Below are positions 48,184-57,578 of a DNA stretch of 64,000 nucleotides, in pieces (position 1 is the stretch's first letter; the number at the start of each line of letters is the position of its first letter). Location of the stretch: positions 4,441 through 68,440 of the forward strand of contig LUCB01000010.1 in assembly GCA_001593865.1 (NCBI GenBank). Reading direction: 5' to 3'. Under the pieces are notes generated by a model. It did not search any database. It worked only from the letters and a program-made list of their open reading frames with translations, and was not told the origin of the DNA. Source of the DNA: Candidatus Bathyarchaeota archaeon B24. GTDB lineage: Archaea > Thermoproteota > CALKCG01 > B24. The position numbers were made by a program, and so were the translations under genes.

Positions 48184-49215
48184 ATGGGCGGGGCGTCTCA
48201 ACTGTTCAAGACGGACCTCGAAGGTCTCGATAGGCTGATAAGGAAGCTTCGAAGCGGCGGCTATGTAGTCTATGGACCTGTGAAGCAGGGGAGAAGCTGG
48301 TTTTTCCTAGAGATAGACTCGGTGAAGCAGGTAGACCTAAACTATGTAAGAACGGTTCTTCCGCCGAAGAAGCTTCTGCATCCTCCCAGGGAGAAGCTTT
48401 TCGAGTTCAAGCTCGACGACGGGTTCGAGGTTTCGGAGAAGCCTACACCTTCGGCCGTGGCGTTGTTCGGGGTTCACCCATGCGACCTTAAGGCGATCGA
48501 GAGGCAAGACGAGTTCTTCAGTCAGACCCCGGAGGACCCATACTATCTCGCGAGGAGGAGAAACACTCTCATAATCGGTTTAACCTGTACAAGGGTTGAC
48601 GAGAACTGTTTCTGCTTATCTCGTGGAACAGGTCCGGAGGTCTCGACCGGTTTCGACATACTGATAACCGATGTCGGAAACGGATATCTCCTCGAGCCCG
48701 GAAGCGCTAAGGGCCTAGAGCTCCTCAAAAGCCTAGGCTTTCAAGAGGCTGGAGATGAGTATCTGGAAGCTAAGCAGAAGCTGATAGAGGAGCTTAAGAA
48801 GAGCTTCACGAAGCATATGCCTTCTGAGGGCCTGGCAGAGCTCGCTAAAAGCCTTTTAGACCATGAAGTCTGGAAGGAGACGGCTGAGAGATGTCTATCC
48901 TGCGGTAACTGTAGCCTTGTATGTCCGACGTGCTACTGCTTCGACGTCTACGATGTCCTCGAGCTAAACCTTAGAAGCGGGGTGAGGGTGAGAGAGCTGG
49001 ACTCATGTCAGCTTTTAGAGTATGCCGAGGTGGCTTTAGGCGGGAACTTCCGGAGAAACCGGTTCCAGAGGCTTAGACACTGGATGCTCTGCAAGTTCGG
49101 TGCAGCTGGCGGAGGCCTGTATTCGAGCTGCGTGGGCTGTGGAAGATGCATAGTCTACTGCCCGGCTAGCATAGACTTGACGGAGGTGGCTGGTAGGCTT
49201 AGAGGAGGTGGTTAA
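48184..49215 (+). CDS. hydB: Group 3b [NiFe]-hydrogenase (sulfhydrogenase) beta subunit
   Basis: GVHPCD, CFC, CLSCGNCSLVCPTCYC, CVGCGRCIVYCP. Confidence 0.88.
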   Translation: MGGASQLFKTDLEGLDRLIRKLRSGGYVVYGPVKQGRSWFFLEIDSVKQVDLNYVRTVLPPKKLLHPPREKLFEFKLDDGFEVSEKPTPSAVALFGVHPCDLKAIERQDEFFSQTPEDPYYLARRRNTLIIGLTCTRVDENCFCLSRGTGPEVSTGFDILITDVGNGYLLEPGSAKGLELLKSLGFQEAGDEYLEAKQKLIEELKKSFTKHMPSEGLAELAKSLLDHEVWKETAERCLSCGNCSLVCPTCYCFDVYDVLELNLRSGVRVRELDSCQLLEYAEVALGGNFRRNRFQRLRHWMLCKFGAAGGGLYSSCVGCGRCIVYCPASIDLTEVAGRLRGGG

Positions 49216-50041
49216 GGTGAACCCGTATGTACCTAGAATAGCGGTCATAGAGTCTATAGTGGACGAGACCCCAGATATCAAAACGTTCCGGCTTAGGATA
49301 ACGGATGGAGGCTTCAGCTTCGTACCCGGCCAGTTCGTGATGGTATCGGTCTTAGGGGTAGGTGAATCCGCCATAAGTATATCGTCCCACCCAGATGACG
49401 CTGAAAAATTCATAGAGATATCCGTCAGAAAGGTCGGAAACGTTACAGGAAGCCTCTTCCGGCTTAAACCCGGCGATAAGGTCGGCGTCAGGGGGCCGTT
49501 CGGAAACGGGTGGCCGGTCGATAAGGCTGTGGGTAAAGACCTCCTGATAGTGGGCGGCGGTTGTGGGCAAGGCGCTCTGAGACCTCTGATTCTGGATGTC
49601 TTAAGGCATAGAGACCGGTACGGTAGGGTCGAGATACTCTACGGCGCTAGGACTCCGCAGGACCTCATGTTCAAGTATGAGCATGATGTTTGGGCCTCTG
49701 TCCCTCAGGGATGTCTACTGTTAACGGTGGATAGGGTTCCGCCGGGGGTCGAGTGGAAGCACAACGTAGGGGTCGTGACTAGGCTTTTCGAACACGTCAC
49801 GGTGGACCCTGCGAACAGCCTGGTCTGCATATGTGGGCCGGAGATCATGATGCACTTCGCCGTTAAAGGGCTGTTGTCCATGGGTTTCAAGGGAGACCAG
49901 ATATACCTTTCGATGGAGAGGAGGATGAAGTGTGGGGTCGGTAAATGCGGCCACTGCCAGATCGGCGGTAAATACGTCTGTAAGGACGGACCGATATTCA
50001 CCTACGAGGAGCTGAAACTGGAGCCAGATAAGATACTTTAG
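49208..50041 (+). CDS. hydG: Sulfhydrogenase gamma subunit (FAD/NAD(P)-binding, 2Fe-2S)
   Basis: PGQF, RGPFGNG, GGGCG, CGPEIM, MKCGVGKCGHC...CKDGP. Confidence 0.88.
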   Translation: MVKVNPYVPRIAVIESIVDETPDIKTFRLRITDGGFSFVPGQFVMVSVLGVGESAISISSHPDDAEKFIEISVRKVGNVTGSLFRLKPGDKVGVRGPFGNGWPVDKAVGKDLLIVGGGCGQGALRPLILDVLRHRDRYGRVEILYGARTPQDLMFKYEHDVWASVPQGCLLLTVDRVPPGVEWKHNVGVVTRLFEHVTVDPANSLVCICGPEIMMHFAVKGLLSMGFKGDQIYLSMERRMKCGVGKCGHCQIGGKYVCKDGPIFTYEELKLEPDKIL

Positions 50042-50053
50042 GGAGGTGGTGTT

Positions 50054-50809
50054 TTGAAGCTCAAGGTGGGTGTTTTCAAGTTTACGAGTTGCTCGGGTTG
50101 TCAGGTAGAGCTCATACGGATGAACGAGCAGTTACCGGAGCTGCTTAACCTCGTGGAGTTCAAGTATTGGGCTATGGCGAGCTCTAAATTGGAGGATGGA
50201 CCCTATGACCTGGCGCTGGTAGAGGGGGCGATATCTACTCCCGAGTGTATCGAAGAGGTTAAGGCCATAAGGGAGAAATCTCGGGTTCTCGTGGCGCTCG
50301 GCGACTGCGCGGTAACCGGCGGCGTCCCTTCGATAAGGAACTGGATGAGTCAGCGTGAGGCTGAAACCATAGTCTACCCTAAGCCCGGCTGCATAAGATC
50401 CACGAGGGTTTATGGGATAGACGAGTACGTGAAGGTAGACTATTATCTCAAGGGCTGCCCGCCGCGGCTAGAGAATATTTTAGAGGTCTTTAAAGCGGTC
50501 ATCTTAGGCGTTAAGCCTAGGCTTAGGCAGCATCCAGTCTGTGTGGAGTGTAAGTTCTACGAGAACGAGTGTCTCTTAACGACCTATAAGCAGCCTTGTA
50601 TGGGTCCTGTCACGGCCGCGGGTTGCGGAGCTATATGCCCTAACGTCGGAAGGGTCTGTGAGGGATGCTACGGCCCTATGAGCGACCCCAACATCGCGTC
50701 TATGGTGGAAAGACTTAAGGAGATCGGGTTGAGCGACGACGAGATACTCAGAAAGTTTAGGAAATATGCAGGTATGTCCAAGCTTTATCGCGAGGTGGCT
50801 AAGCTTTGA
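50054..50809 (+). CDS. hydD: [NiFe]-hydrogenase small (delta) subunit
   Basis: CSGC, EGA, GDCA, GCPP, VCVEC, CMGP..AGC...CP...CEGC. Confidence 0.9.
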   Translation: MKLKVGVFKFTSCSGCQVELIRMNEQLPELLNLVEFKYWAMASSKLEDGPYDLALVEGAISTPECIEEVKAIREKSRVLVALGDCAVTGGVPSIRNWMSQREAETIVYPKPGCIRSTRVYGIDEYVKVDYYLKGCPPRLENILEVFKAVILGVKPRLRQHPVCVECKFYENECLLTTYKQPCMGPVTAAGCGAICPNVGRVCEGCYGPMSDPNIASMVERLKEIGLSDDEILRKFRKYAGMSKLYREVAKL

Positions 50810-52077
50810 AGACCGTTAGGATAGGTTATCTGACAAGGGTCGAGGGTAAGGCTGAGCTTGACTTAACCATCGATGGTGAGGAGGTTAAGGACCTAAAGCT
50901 GAAGATCTACGAGGAGCCTAGATTCTTCGAGGCGCTTCTCATAGGTAGAAGCTTCGAGGAGGCGGTCGAGCTCACGTCTAGGATATGCGGCATATGCTAC
51001 GTGACCCATCAGCTAAGCTCGGTTAGAGCCGTGGAGAAAGTCTTAGGCGTAGAGGTCAACGACCGTATAAGGCTTTTAAGAAGGCTTATCGCGATCGGGG
51101 GAATCATAAGCAGCCATTGTCTACACCTGTATCTGCTCGCTCTTCCAGATGTGTTAGGGTTGCCTGACGTTTTCACGGCGGACCCGAAGCTTCTAGTCAA
51201 GGCCTTAAGGCTTAAAGCGGTGGGCGACAAACTCGTCGAGCTGATCGGTGGTAGGGGGGTTCACCCTGTATCCATAGTGGTCGGGGGCTTCACCTATACG
51301 CCTCCTAAGGATAAGCTTATGGAACTGGCGCAGAGTCTTAAGGAGGCTAAGAAGACGGCTGTCGAGTCTGTGCCCCTCTTTTCGGCCGATAAGTTTCCGA
51401 AGTTTGAAGTGGACTGTGAAAGGGTCGCTTTATCGAATCCGGAGGAGTATGCGATAAACGAGGGGCGGGTCAAGTCGAATAAGGGCTTAGATATAAGCGA
51501 AGACGAGTTTAGGGCATTCATAGAGGAGACCCAAGTTCCCCACTCGACCGCTAAACACTCGAAGGTTAAGGGTAGGGGCTCGTACATGGTCGGGCCTCTT
51601 TCGAGGGTAAACCTAAACTTCAGCCAGCTCAGCGACGACGCTAGAGAAGCGGCAGAGGCCAGCGGCTTCAAGTTCCCGTCTTCAAACCCCTTCGCCGCCA
51701 ATATGGCCAGGCTTCTAGAGGTCATAAGCCTGATAGACGAGGCATTGGAGCTGATAGACGCGTATAGAGAAGGCCCTGTTAGGGTTCCCTTCCAGGTGAA
51801 GGGTGGCTCAGCTGGAGCTATAACGGAGGCTCCTAGGGGTATGAACTATCACTGGTACAGTATAGGCGATGACGGGCTTATCAAAGCCGCCGATATATCG
51901 CCTCCCACGTGTCAGAACGCTAGAAGGGTGGAAGACGACCTTAGAGAGTATGTACCGACGATAGCTCACCTGTCTGAGAAGGAGATCGCGTCTAGATGCG
52001 CTATGCTGATCAGAGCCTACGATCCGTGCATAAGCTGCGCCGTCCACAGCATCGAAGTAAAGGTTAAAAAGCTGTGA
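50806..52077 (+). CDS. hydA: [NiFe]-hydrogenase large (alpha) subunit
   Basis: TRVEG, L1 RICGIC, EAPRG, L2 DPCISCAVH plus 9-aa C-terminal extension. Confidence 0.93.
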   Translation: MKTVRIGYLTRVEGKAELDLTIDGEEVKDLKLKIYEEPRFFEALLIGRSFEEAVELTSRICGICYVTHQLSSVRAVEKVLGVEVNDRIRLLRRLIAIGGIISSHCLHLYLLALPDVLGLPDVFTADPKLLVKALRLKAVGDKLVELIGGRGVHPVSIVVGGFTYTPPKDKLMELAQSLKEAKKTAVESVPLFSADKFPKFEVDCERVALSNPEEYAINEGRVKSNKGLDISEDEFRAFIEETQVPHSTAKHSKVKGRGSYMVGPLSRVNLNFSQLSDDAREAAEASGFKFPSSNPFAANMARLLEVISLIDEALELIDAYREGPVRVPFQVKGGSAGAITEAPRGMNYHWYSIGDDGLIKAADISPPTCQNARRVEDDLREYVPTIAHLSEKEIASRCAMLIRAYDPCISCAVHSIEVKVKKL

Positions 52078-52124
52078 AACATGGGGCTCGTATTCACCTC
52101 ATTTTTTACGAAGCCTCGAACACC

Positions 52125-52970
52125 TTAAAGCTTGAACAGTTTCCTAGCGTTTCCTCCTAGTATCTTCGCGATATCTTCCTCTGAAACCTTCAGCCTTCTG
52201 AGCAGTTTAACCGTACGGTCGAGGTGTTCACGCATGTATTCCCACCCAAGAGGCGTAGCGTCTGACGCGTATAGAAGCCTCTCGACGCCTATCGTTTCCA
52301 AGGCCATCTTCAAAGCCTCCTCTTTTAGACGGGTTGTAGCGGTGGTGAAGTCTGTGCACAGGTCTAGGTATATGTTGGGCGTCAGGTATGCCACGGTTAT
52401 AGCCTCCATGAACCAAGGCCAGCTCATATGGGCTAGTATAATCTTAAGCTTCGGAAACCTCCTGACTACACCTTCGTAGTATACGGGTCTAGAATACTTC
52501 GAGAGAAGCGGCCCCTGACCGTGTATATCCGATATCCATGGTACTACCCCGCTGTGGAAGAGTATGGGAACTCCTAGGTCTTCGATAAGCTCGTATATAG
52601 GGTCCATCTTAGGGTCGTCTGGATACCATCCAAGATTCGGGAACATCTTAACCCCGTGAAGCCCTAGGTCTTGTATCGCTCTCTCAAGCTCCCTGAGGTT
52701 TTCTTCGACATTCCCTAACCCCGTTATGAAGGCATATCCCTTAAGCCTATCTGGCAGGTTTTTGACGAGGTTCGCGACGAAGTCGTTACCCATCCTTACG
52801 CTCTTTATGTTTGCGCATGAGACCCTACCTTGGGGCATGAAGGTCTGCTTATAAGGCGCTATAACGACCAGAAGGTCTACCCCAGCTTTATCCATAGAAG
52901 CCTCGACTTCACTAGGCTTCTCGGAACCCAACAAGTGGACATGAGTATCCGCCACGAACATGGATATCAT
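52125..52970 (-). CDS. Amidohydrolase family 2 protein
   Basis: DTHVH, GVKMFP, FHSG, LAHM, YASD, ILGGNARKL. Confidence 0.85.
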   Translation of the reverse strand: MISMFVADTHVHLLGSEKPSEVEASMDKAGVDLLVVIAPYKQTFMPQGRVSCANIKSVRMGNDFVANLVKNLPDRLKGYAFITGLGNVEENLRELERAIQDLGLHGVKMFPNLGWYPDDPKMDPIYELIEDLGVPILFHSGVVPWISDIHGQGPLLSKYSRPVYYEGVVRRFPKLKIILAHMSWPWFMEAITVAYLTPNIYLDLCTDFTTATTRLKEEALKMALETIGVERLLYASDATPLGWEYMREHLDRTVKLLRRLKVSEEDIAKILGGNARKLFKL

Positions 52971-53115
52971 TTTTACAACCTATCTATTTTAAAACTTATG
53001 AGAGCCTTAAGTTTCAACCTCTTTCCTCATCAGGTCGTCGAAGAAATCCTGTATTATCAAAAACGGAGAATTAGTTCAAAAAAGCGGCTAAAAGAGGGGC
53101 TTTTCTTACTCTTAG

Positions 53116-53907
53116 TTATAGTGTTAGCAGGGGTTCTCCTTTGATCGTCTGAAGAAGAGTCATGGCTTTCTCGACATGTTCCTCGGGTCCTTCGATCAGT
53201 AGTCTCACAGCACCTTCTGCTCCCGCTATCCCGCCTGAAGCCACTAGAGTAGCGTCCACGCCCGTTAGGATTTTTAAGGCCTCTATCTCTGTGACTATTA
53301 AACCGGTCACCGGCATCAGAGAAGGCCCCTCCGAGTCTGGGCTGTTCATCCTCCTAGCCAGCTCCCATATGCTCTCGTAGACGAGCTTCTCAAGCCCCAC
53401 GGGTAGGACTAGATGTATCTTCTTACCCACTATGTAGCCTACCGTCCTACCTATGGTTCCCCCGTCTTCGCTTCCTATGAGTATCCCCGCGGCTTTCTCC
53501 CTGTAGTTCAAGGCGTTCCCCCCCTTTATGTAGACATCTCCTCTACCCATCTTCTCCACGGCCGTGAACCTGTCTAGGCTTTCATCCACGACCCCCCTGA
53601 CGAGAACGACATCCCTCATAGGTTTAGGCTTAGGTAGCCCCGATGTCAAGGGCTCGTCGGGAGTCACCACACCGGTCAGATAGGCACGTTTATCTATCTT
53701 CTTGGATAGGAGCTCCTCCACGATGTAGCTATTCGTCGAACCCTTAGCGACTACGATTATTCCATCACGTAAAGCCCTCTTAACGACATCCATGGCGGCT
53801 ACAGCCTTGGCGATGAGCCTCTTAGACTCAGAAACCGTTAAAACAACCTGCCTCTTCACCATAGACACCTCGTATAGACAATATGGGTGGAGAGATAAAA
53901 GCCTCAA
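53116..53907 (-). CDS. Conserved hypothetical protein; start probably ATG near 53862
   Basis: LTVSESKRLIAKAV, GSTN, KGGNAL, GGTIG, PVGLEK, GGIAGAEG look like conserved enzyme motifs. Confidence 0.7.
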   Translation of the reverse strand: MRLLSLHPYCLYEVSMVKRQVVLTVSESKRLIAKAVAAMDVVKRALRDGIIVVAKGSTNSYIVEELLSKKIDKRAYLTGVVTPDEPLTSGLPKPKPMRDVVLVRGVVDESLDRFTAVEKMGRGDVYIKGGNALNYREKAAGILIGSEDGGTIGRTVGYIVGKKIHLVLPVGLEKLVYESIWELARRMNSPDSEGPSLMPVTGLIVTEIEALKILTGVDATLVASGGIAGAEGAVRLLIEGPEEHVEKAMTLLQTIKGEPLLTL

Positions 53908-53956
53908 CGTTCACTAACTATGCATAGACCACGGGAAGTTTTATCACGAAGGTCCT

Positions 53957-55570
53957 ATGATGGTATTTTTGGTGTCGGTCTCCTTGCCGGTTTTCGACGT
54001 GATAATACGTGGCGGCTTGATCCTAGACGGCTCCGGAGCTTTAGGTTTTAAGGCAGATGTCGGAATAGTGGATGACGAGATTAGGCGGGTCGGAGACCTT
54101 TCAGGATGTAGCGCCGAAAAGATCTTGGACGCGTCGGGGCTTGTGGTCGCCCCAGGCTTCATAGACATACATAACCACAGCGACCTATCGATATTTCTCA
54201 TACCTACGGCCGATAACTATGTGCTACAAGGCGTTACGACCCTGGTCGTCGGAAACTGCGGCTGTACGCCGGCCCCCATCACGGATGTGAACCTACGACA
54301 CGTTAAAGACGCCTACAAGCCCTACTCGGAGTCTGTGACGATGAGGTGGCGGAGCTTCGGCGAGTACATGAAGGCCTTAGATGAACTCGAGAAGAGCGTT
54401 AACATAGCCCCTCTAGTCGGTCAAGGAACCGTTAGGACGGCTGTTCTAGGGGCTGAAGACGTTAAGCCTAACGAGGCTCAGCTTAGGGAGATGAAAGAGT
54501 TCGTGGAGGAGGCTATGAAAGCCGGGGCCTTCGGCTTATCGACGGGCCTCATATATCTACCCGGCATGTTCACAGATACGTGGGAGCTCGTCGAGCTAGC
54601 TAAAACCGCGGCTAAATACGGTGGATTATATGCATCGCATATAAGGGACGAGGGTTTACGGGTCGTAGACGCGGTTCTAGAGGCCATATCCATAGGGGTT
54701 CAAGCCGGTTTAGGCGTGGAGATTTCGCATCTCAAAGCCTCCGGCACCTCAGCGTGGGGTAAAACCTCAAGGCTTCTTGCGTTGATCGAAGACTATGCCG
54801 AGAGGGGTTTCGACGTATCGGCAGACGCATACCCGTATACGGCGGCTTCGACCGGACTAGCATCGCTTCTACCCTCCTGGGTTAGAGAAGGAGGAACCGA
54901 TGAGATGCTTAAGCGATTACAAAACCCTAAAGTCCTGGAGAGGATCCGCGAGGAGTTTAAACGCTATGGAGTTATGGGTGACAGATACGTCGAGTGGAGC
55001 CGGATAGTTGTATCGTATTCTCCTAGCCACGGGGAAGCCGAAGGTAGGGCTCTCAGCAAACTCGCAGATGATTGGAGCCTAACGCCTTTGGAGACCGTTG
55101 CTAAGCTTCTCATAGATGATGAAGGCGTTACGGGTATGATCCTACACGTCATGTGCGAAGAGGATGTCGAGAGAGTGGTCGCTCATCCATTGGTCGCTGT
55201 AGGTAGCGACGGGTATGTCAGAAGATTCGGGGAGGGTAAGCCTCACCCCAGAAATTACGGGGCTTTCCCGAGGGTTCTAGCCGAATACGTCAGAAGACGT
55301 AGGCTGCTTACACTCCCAGAAGCCGTCAGGAAGATGACGAGTCTACCTGCTAGGAAACTAAAGCTTTGGGATAGAGGTCTGATCCGGCCTGGGATGAAGG
55401 CGGATATAGTGGTCTTCAACCCACACACCGTAAGAGACACGGCGACTTTCGAGGATCCCCACCGCTATCCCCGAGGCATAGGGTATGTGCTGGTCAATGG
55501 GACTGTGGTGGTCGAGGACGGTAGACACACCGGAGCTAAGCCTGGTAGGGTCCTCAGAAAGAAGTCGTGA
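53957..55570 (+). CDS. N-acyl-D-amino-acid deacylase (D-aminoacylase) family amidohydrolase
   Basis: PGFIDIHNHSD, QGVTT..GNCG, GLSTGLIY, SHIRDE, HPRNYG. Confidence 0.88.
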   Translation: MMVFLVSVSLPVFDVIIRGGLILDGSGALGFKADVGIVDDEIRRVGDLSGCSAEKILDASGLVVAPGFIDIHNHSDLSIFLIPTADNYVLQGVTTLVVGNCGCTPAPITDVNLRHVKDAYKPYSESVTMRWRSFGEYMKALDELEKSVNIAPLVGQGTVRTAVLGAEDVKPNEAQLREMKEFVEEAMKAGAFGLSTGLIYLPGMFTDTWELVELAKTAAKYGGLYASHIRDEGLRVVDAVLEAISIGVQAGLGVEISHLKASGTSAWGKTSRLLALIEDYAERGFDVSADAYPYTAASTGLASLLPSWVREGGTDEMLKRLQNPKVLERIREEFKRYGVMGDRYVEWSRIVVSYSPSHGEAEGRALSKLADDWSLTPLETVAKLLIDDEGVTGMILHVMCEEDVERVVAHPLVAVGSDGYVRRFGEGKPHPRNYGAFPRVLAEYVRRRRLLTLPEAVRKMTSLPARKLKLWDRGLIRPGMKADIVVFNPHTVRDTATFEDPHRYPRGIGYVLVNGTVVVEDGRHTGAKPGRVLRKKS

Positions 55571-55599
55571 ATGGCCGTCTGTCATAATCAACTTTAGAT

Positions 55600-56085
55600 T
55601 TATCCCCGGTCGTTTTTCTTCCCACGATGCCCTGTGGCCATGAAGGCTAGGGTCACAATCAGAAAGACGACGCTCACTCGTATGACCTCCAGGTAGTAAC
55701 CGTATGGCGATATCGATAGAATCGGCTTCACAACCCGGTCTACAGCCCAGTCCAGCTGAACCCCGGCATCGGTTAAAGGGTAGAGAGGTTTAACGGGCAT
55801 CCCACCGGTTAGAGAGTCCATGAGAACGTGCACGAACGGTAGATAGATCATGCGGATCGTCTCGTCACTTGTATACCCCAGCTTAAGCATGACCCTAGCT
55901 AACACCACCGCTAAAACCGTGAGCGATAGGGCTGAGTGTAGGAGCGCCCTATGCCAGGGTGTGAACGCATCTATGTCAGGCATGAGAGATAGAAAAACGG
56001 CTAGAAGATAGTATTTAGCACCCCTCATATCCCAGGAAAGGCAAGCCACCAGACCGACCAGGCAATGGGTGAAACCATCAGGCAT
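55600..56085 (-). CDS. Membrane-bound metal-dependent hydrolase (YdjM-like)
   Basis: FTH, PDID, HRALLHS, HVLMD..T motifs. Confidence 0.75.
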   Translation of the reverse strand: MPDGFTHCLVGLVACLSWDMRGAKYYLLAVFLSLMPDIDAFTPWHRALLHSALSLTVLAVVLARVMLKLGYTSDETIRMIYLPFVHVLMDSLTGGMPVKPLYPLTDAGVQLDWAVDRVVKPILSISPYGYYLEVIRVSVVFLIVTLAFMATGHRGKKNDRG

Positions 56086-56328
56086 GACGACACACGTTGA
56101 GATAATGATCCCGGCGATATAAACACATACCGTCTTACTTTCTGCGGCTAACCATGCACCTGTCTAGAAGCCTATGCTCGAAGCTTCTCGCCGTGTTTCT
56201 TGGCTTGGAAAAGCCGCGTTGCCACATAGCTGTGAAGTATTTCAACCGGAGAAGTCGGGTTGTACCTGACGACTAAACCGCTTACCATGGAGGCTAAACC
56301 TGCTTCAAACTTTACATGTGAAATAGAC

Positions 56329-57315
56329 TTAGGCGATCAGCCTGAGGAGGCATCTAAGCCCCAAAACTCTAATGTTCTCTCTTAGGATCAGTCTAAATAT
56401 GTGCTTAACCGCTTCAGGCTCGAGCGTGTGGTCTAGCACACCCTCCTCCCTACGCACATACCTTAAACCCCTAACCAACACCACAGGTATACCTTCAGCC
56501 GTCTGCCCCATGAGAAGGGCTGCGGCTGAGGCGAGCTGGTCAGCCACACGGTCTACACCGCCGAACTTCGGCTTCCCAAACCTGTCTAGGGCTCCGAACC
56601 TCCTTGAGACGACCTCGATACCTGAGGAACCCCTCGCTAAGTCGATGGAGCCTATACCTGGGAAACACTCCGTGTCGGATATGACGACGGCTACGTCCAT
56701 GCCCGACAGCTCCTTTATACGTTTCCTAAGCTTCCTAGCGTAGAGGTCTGGGTTCTCAGGCGGTATACTCGCCACATTCTCAGGGTGATTTGAGAAGTCT
56801 AACCCAGCATCCGTGTAAACCTGGAGCCCCCTCCTAACCACGAGCATATAGGGTATGAGCTCCAAAGCCCTTCTAGCGTTCTCAGGGTTCTCCGCAAGCT
56901 TCATGAACCCGTCGAAGAAACGGTCTGCTATTAGTTTTATGGGGATTAGAAATAGAACCCTGTCGCAGTTCTCAAGGACTGCCTGAACCATCCTAGGGTT
57001 CATCCCAGTCTTCCTAGCGATCCTCAGAGCCTTCTTGGAAGGCTTAACCCTACGCATATCTATGAGAAGCCCATAGGACTTCGAGACAACCTTACTCGCA
57101 ATCACGAGCACGTCGCCATCCCTCAAACCACCAGCCTCACGGGACGCACCCTCGACGATAAGCCTAGCCAAGTCATCCCCAGGCTTAACCTCGGGAAGCC
57201 TTAAACCGTAAAGCTCGACCCTAACCATCGTGTGAAGTAGATAATTCATCGAATAAAACACTAGTGCCGACTGCAGTCGCCGTCGCATGTATCCTATCGG
57301 TGGAAGCCCCCTCAA
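56329..57315 (-). CDS. cofE: Coenzyme F420-0:L-glutamate ligase (CofE)-like protein; start probably ATG 57228
   Basis: LPEVKPGDDL, IASKVVSK, AGLDFSN, VVISDT, ADQLASAAALLMGQ..EGIPVVLVRG. Confidence 0.8.
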   Translation of the reverse strand: MRGLPPIGYMRRRLQSALVFYSMNYLLHTMVRVELYGLRLPEVKPGDDLARLIVEGASREAGGLRDGDVLVIASKVVSKSYGLLIDMRRVKPSKKALRIARKTGMNPRMVQAVLENCDRVLFLIPIKLIADRFFDGFMKLAENPENARRALELIPYMLVVRRGLQVYTDAGLDFSNHPENVASIPPENPDLYARKLRKRIKELSGMDVAVVISDTECFPGIGSIDLARGSSGIEVVSRRFGALDRFGKPKFGGVDRVADQLASAAALLMGQTAEGIPVVLVRGLRYVRREEGVLDHTLEPEAVKHIFRLILRENIRVLGLRCLLRLIA

Positions 57316-57389
57316 AGCGGAGATATCCTGGGGAAAACCATGAGCGTAGTGAATTTACTCGTGTAAGGGTATTGTTGGTAGATGCTCGA

Positions 57390-57485
57390 TGCCGGGGGAG
57401 GGGTTTGAACCCTCGACTTCTGGACCCTCGGGTTTGGTTCTCCAGATTATGAGTCTGGCGCTCTTACCCGCTGAGCTACCCCGGC
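57390..57485 (-). tRNA. tRNA-Met(CAU), elongator type, with a 22-nt intron at position 45/46 (57418-57439); CCA not encoded
   Basis: GCCGGGG/CCCCGGC acceptor, GCTC/GAGC D arm, CCAGA-CTCATAA-TCTGG anticodon arm, GAGGG-TTCAAAC-CCCTC T arm; TATA TTTAAATA 24 nt upstream. Confidence 0.92.
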
Positions 57486-57578
57486 ACCGGTATTTGCTCT
57501 CTCACAAGTATTTAAAAATGTTAGGGTCGGGTTATAGAGATATATTTAAACCTATTCGGCTTAGGTTTTTAGGTCTGT

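Noticed and set aside
50806-52077. Selenocysteine recoding in the hydrogenase large subunit
   Set aside because: Both L1 and L2 motifs have ordinary Cys codons and there is no in-frame TGA
52125-57390. Possible island integrated at the tRNA-Met 3' end
   Set aside because: No integrase and no duplicated tRNA 3' end seen; composition resembles the rest of the window
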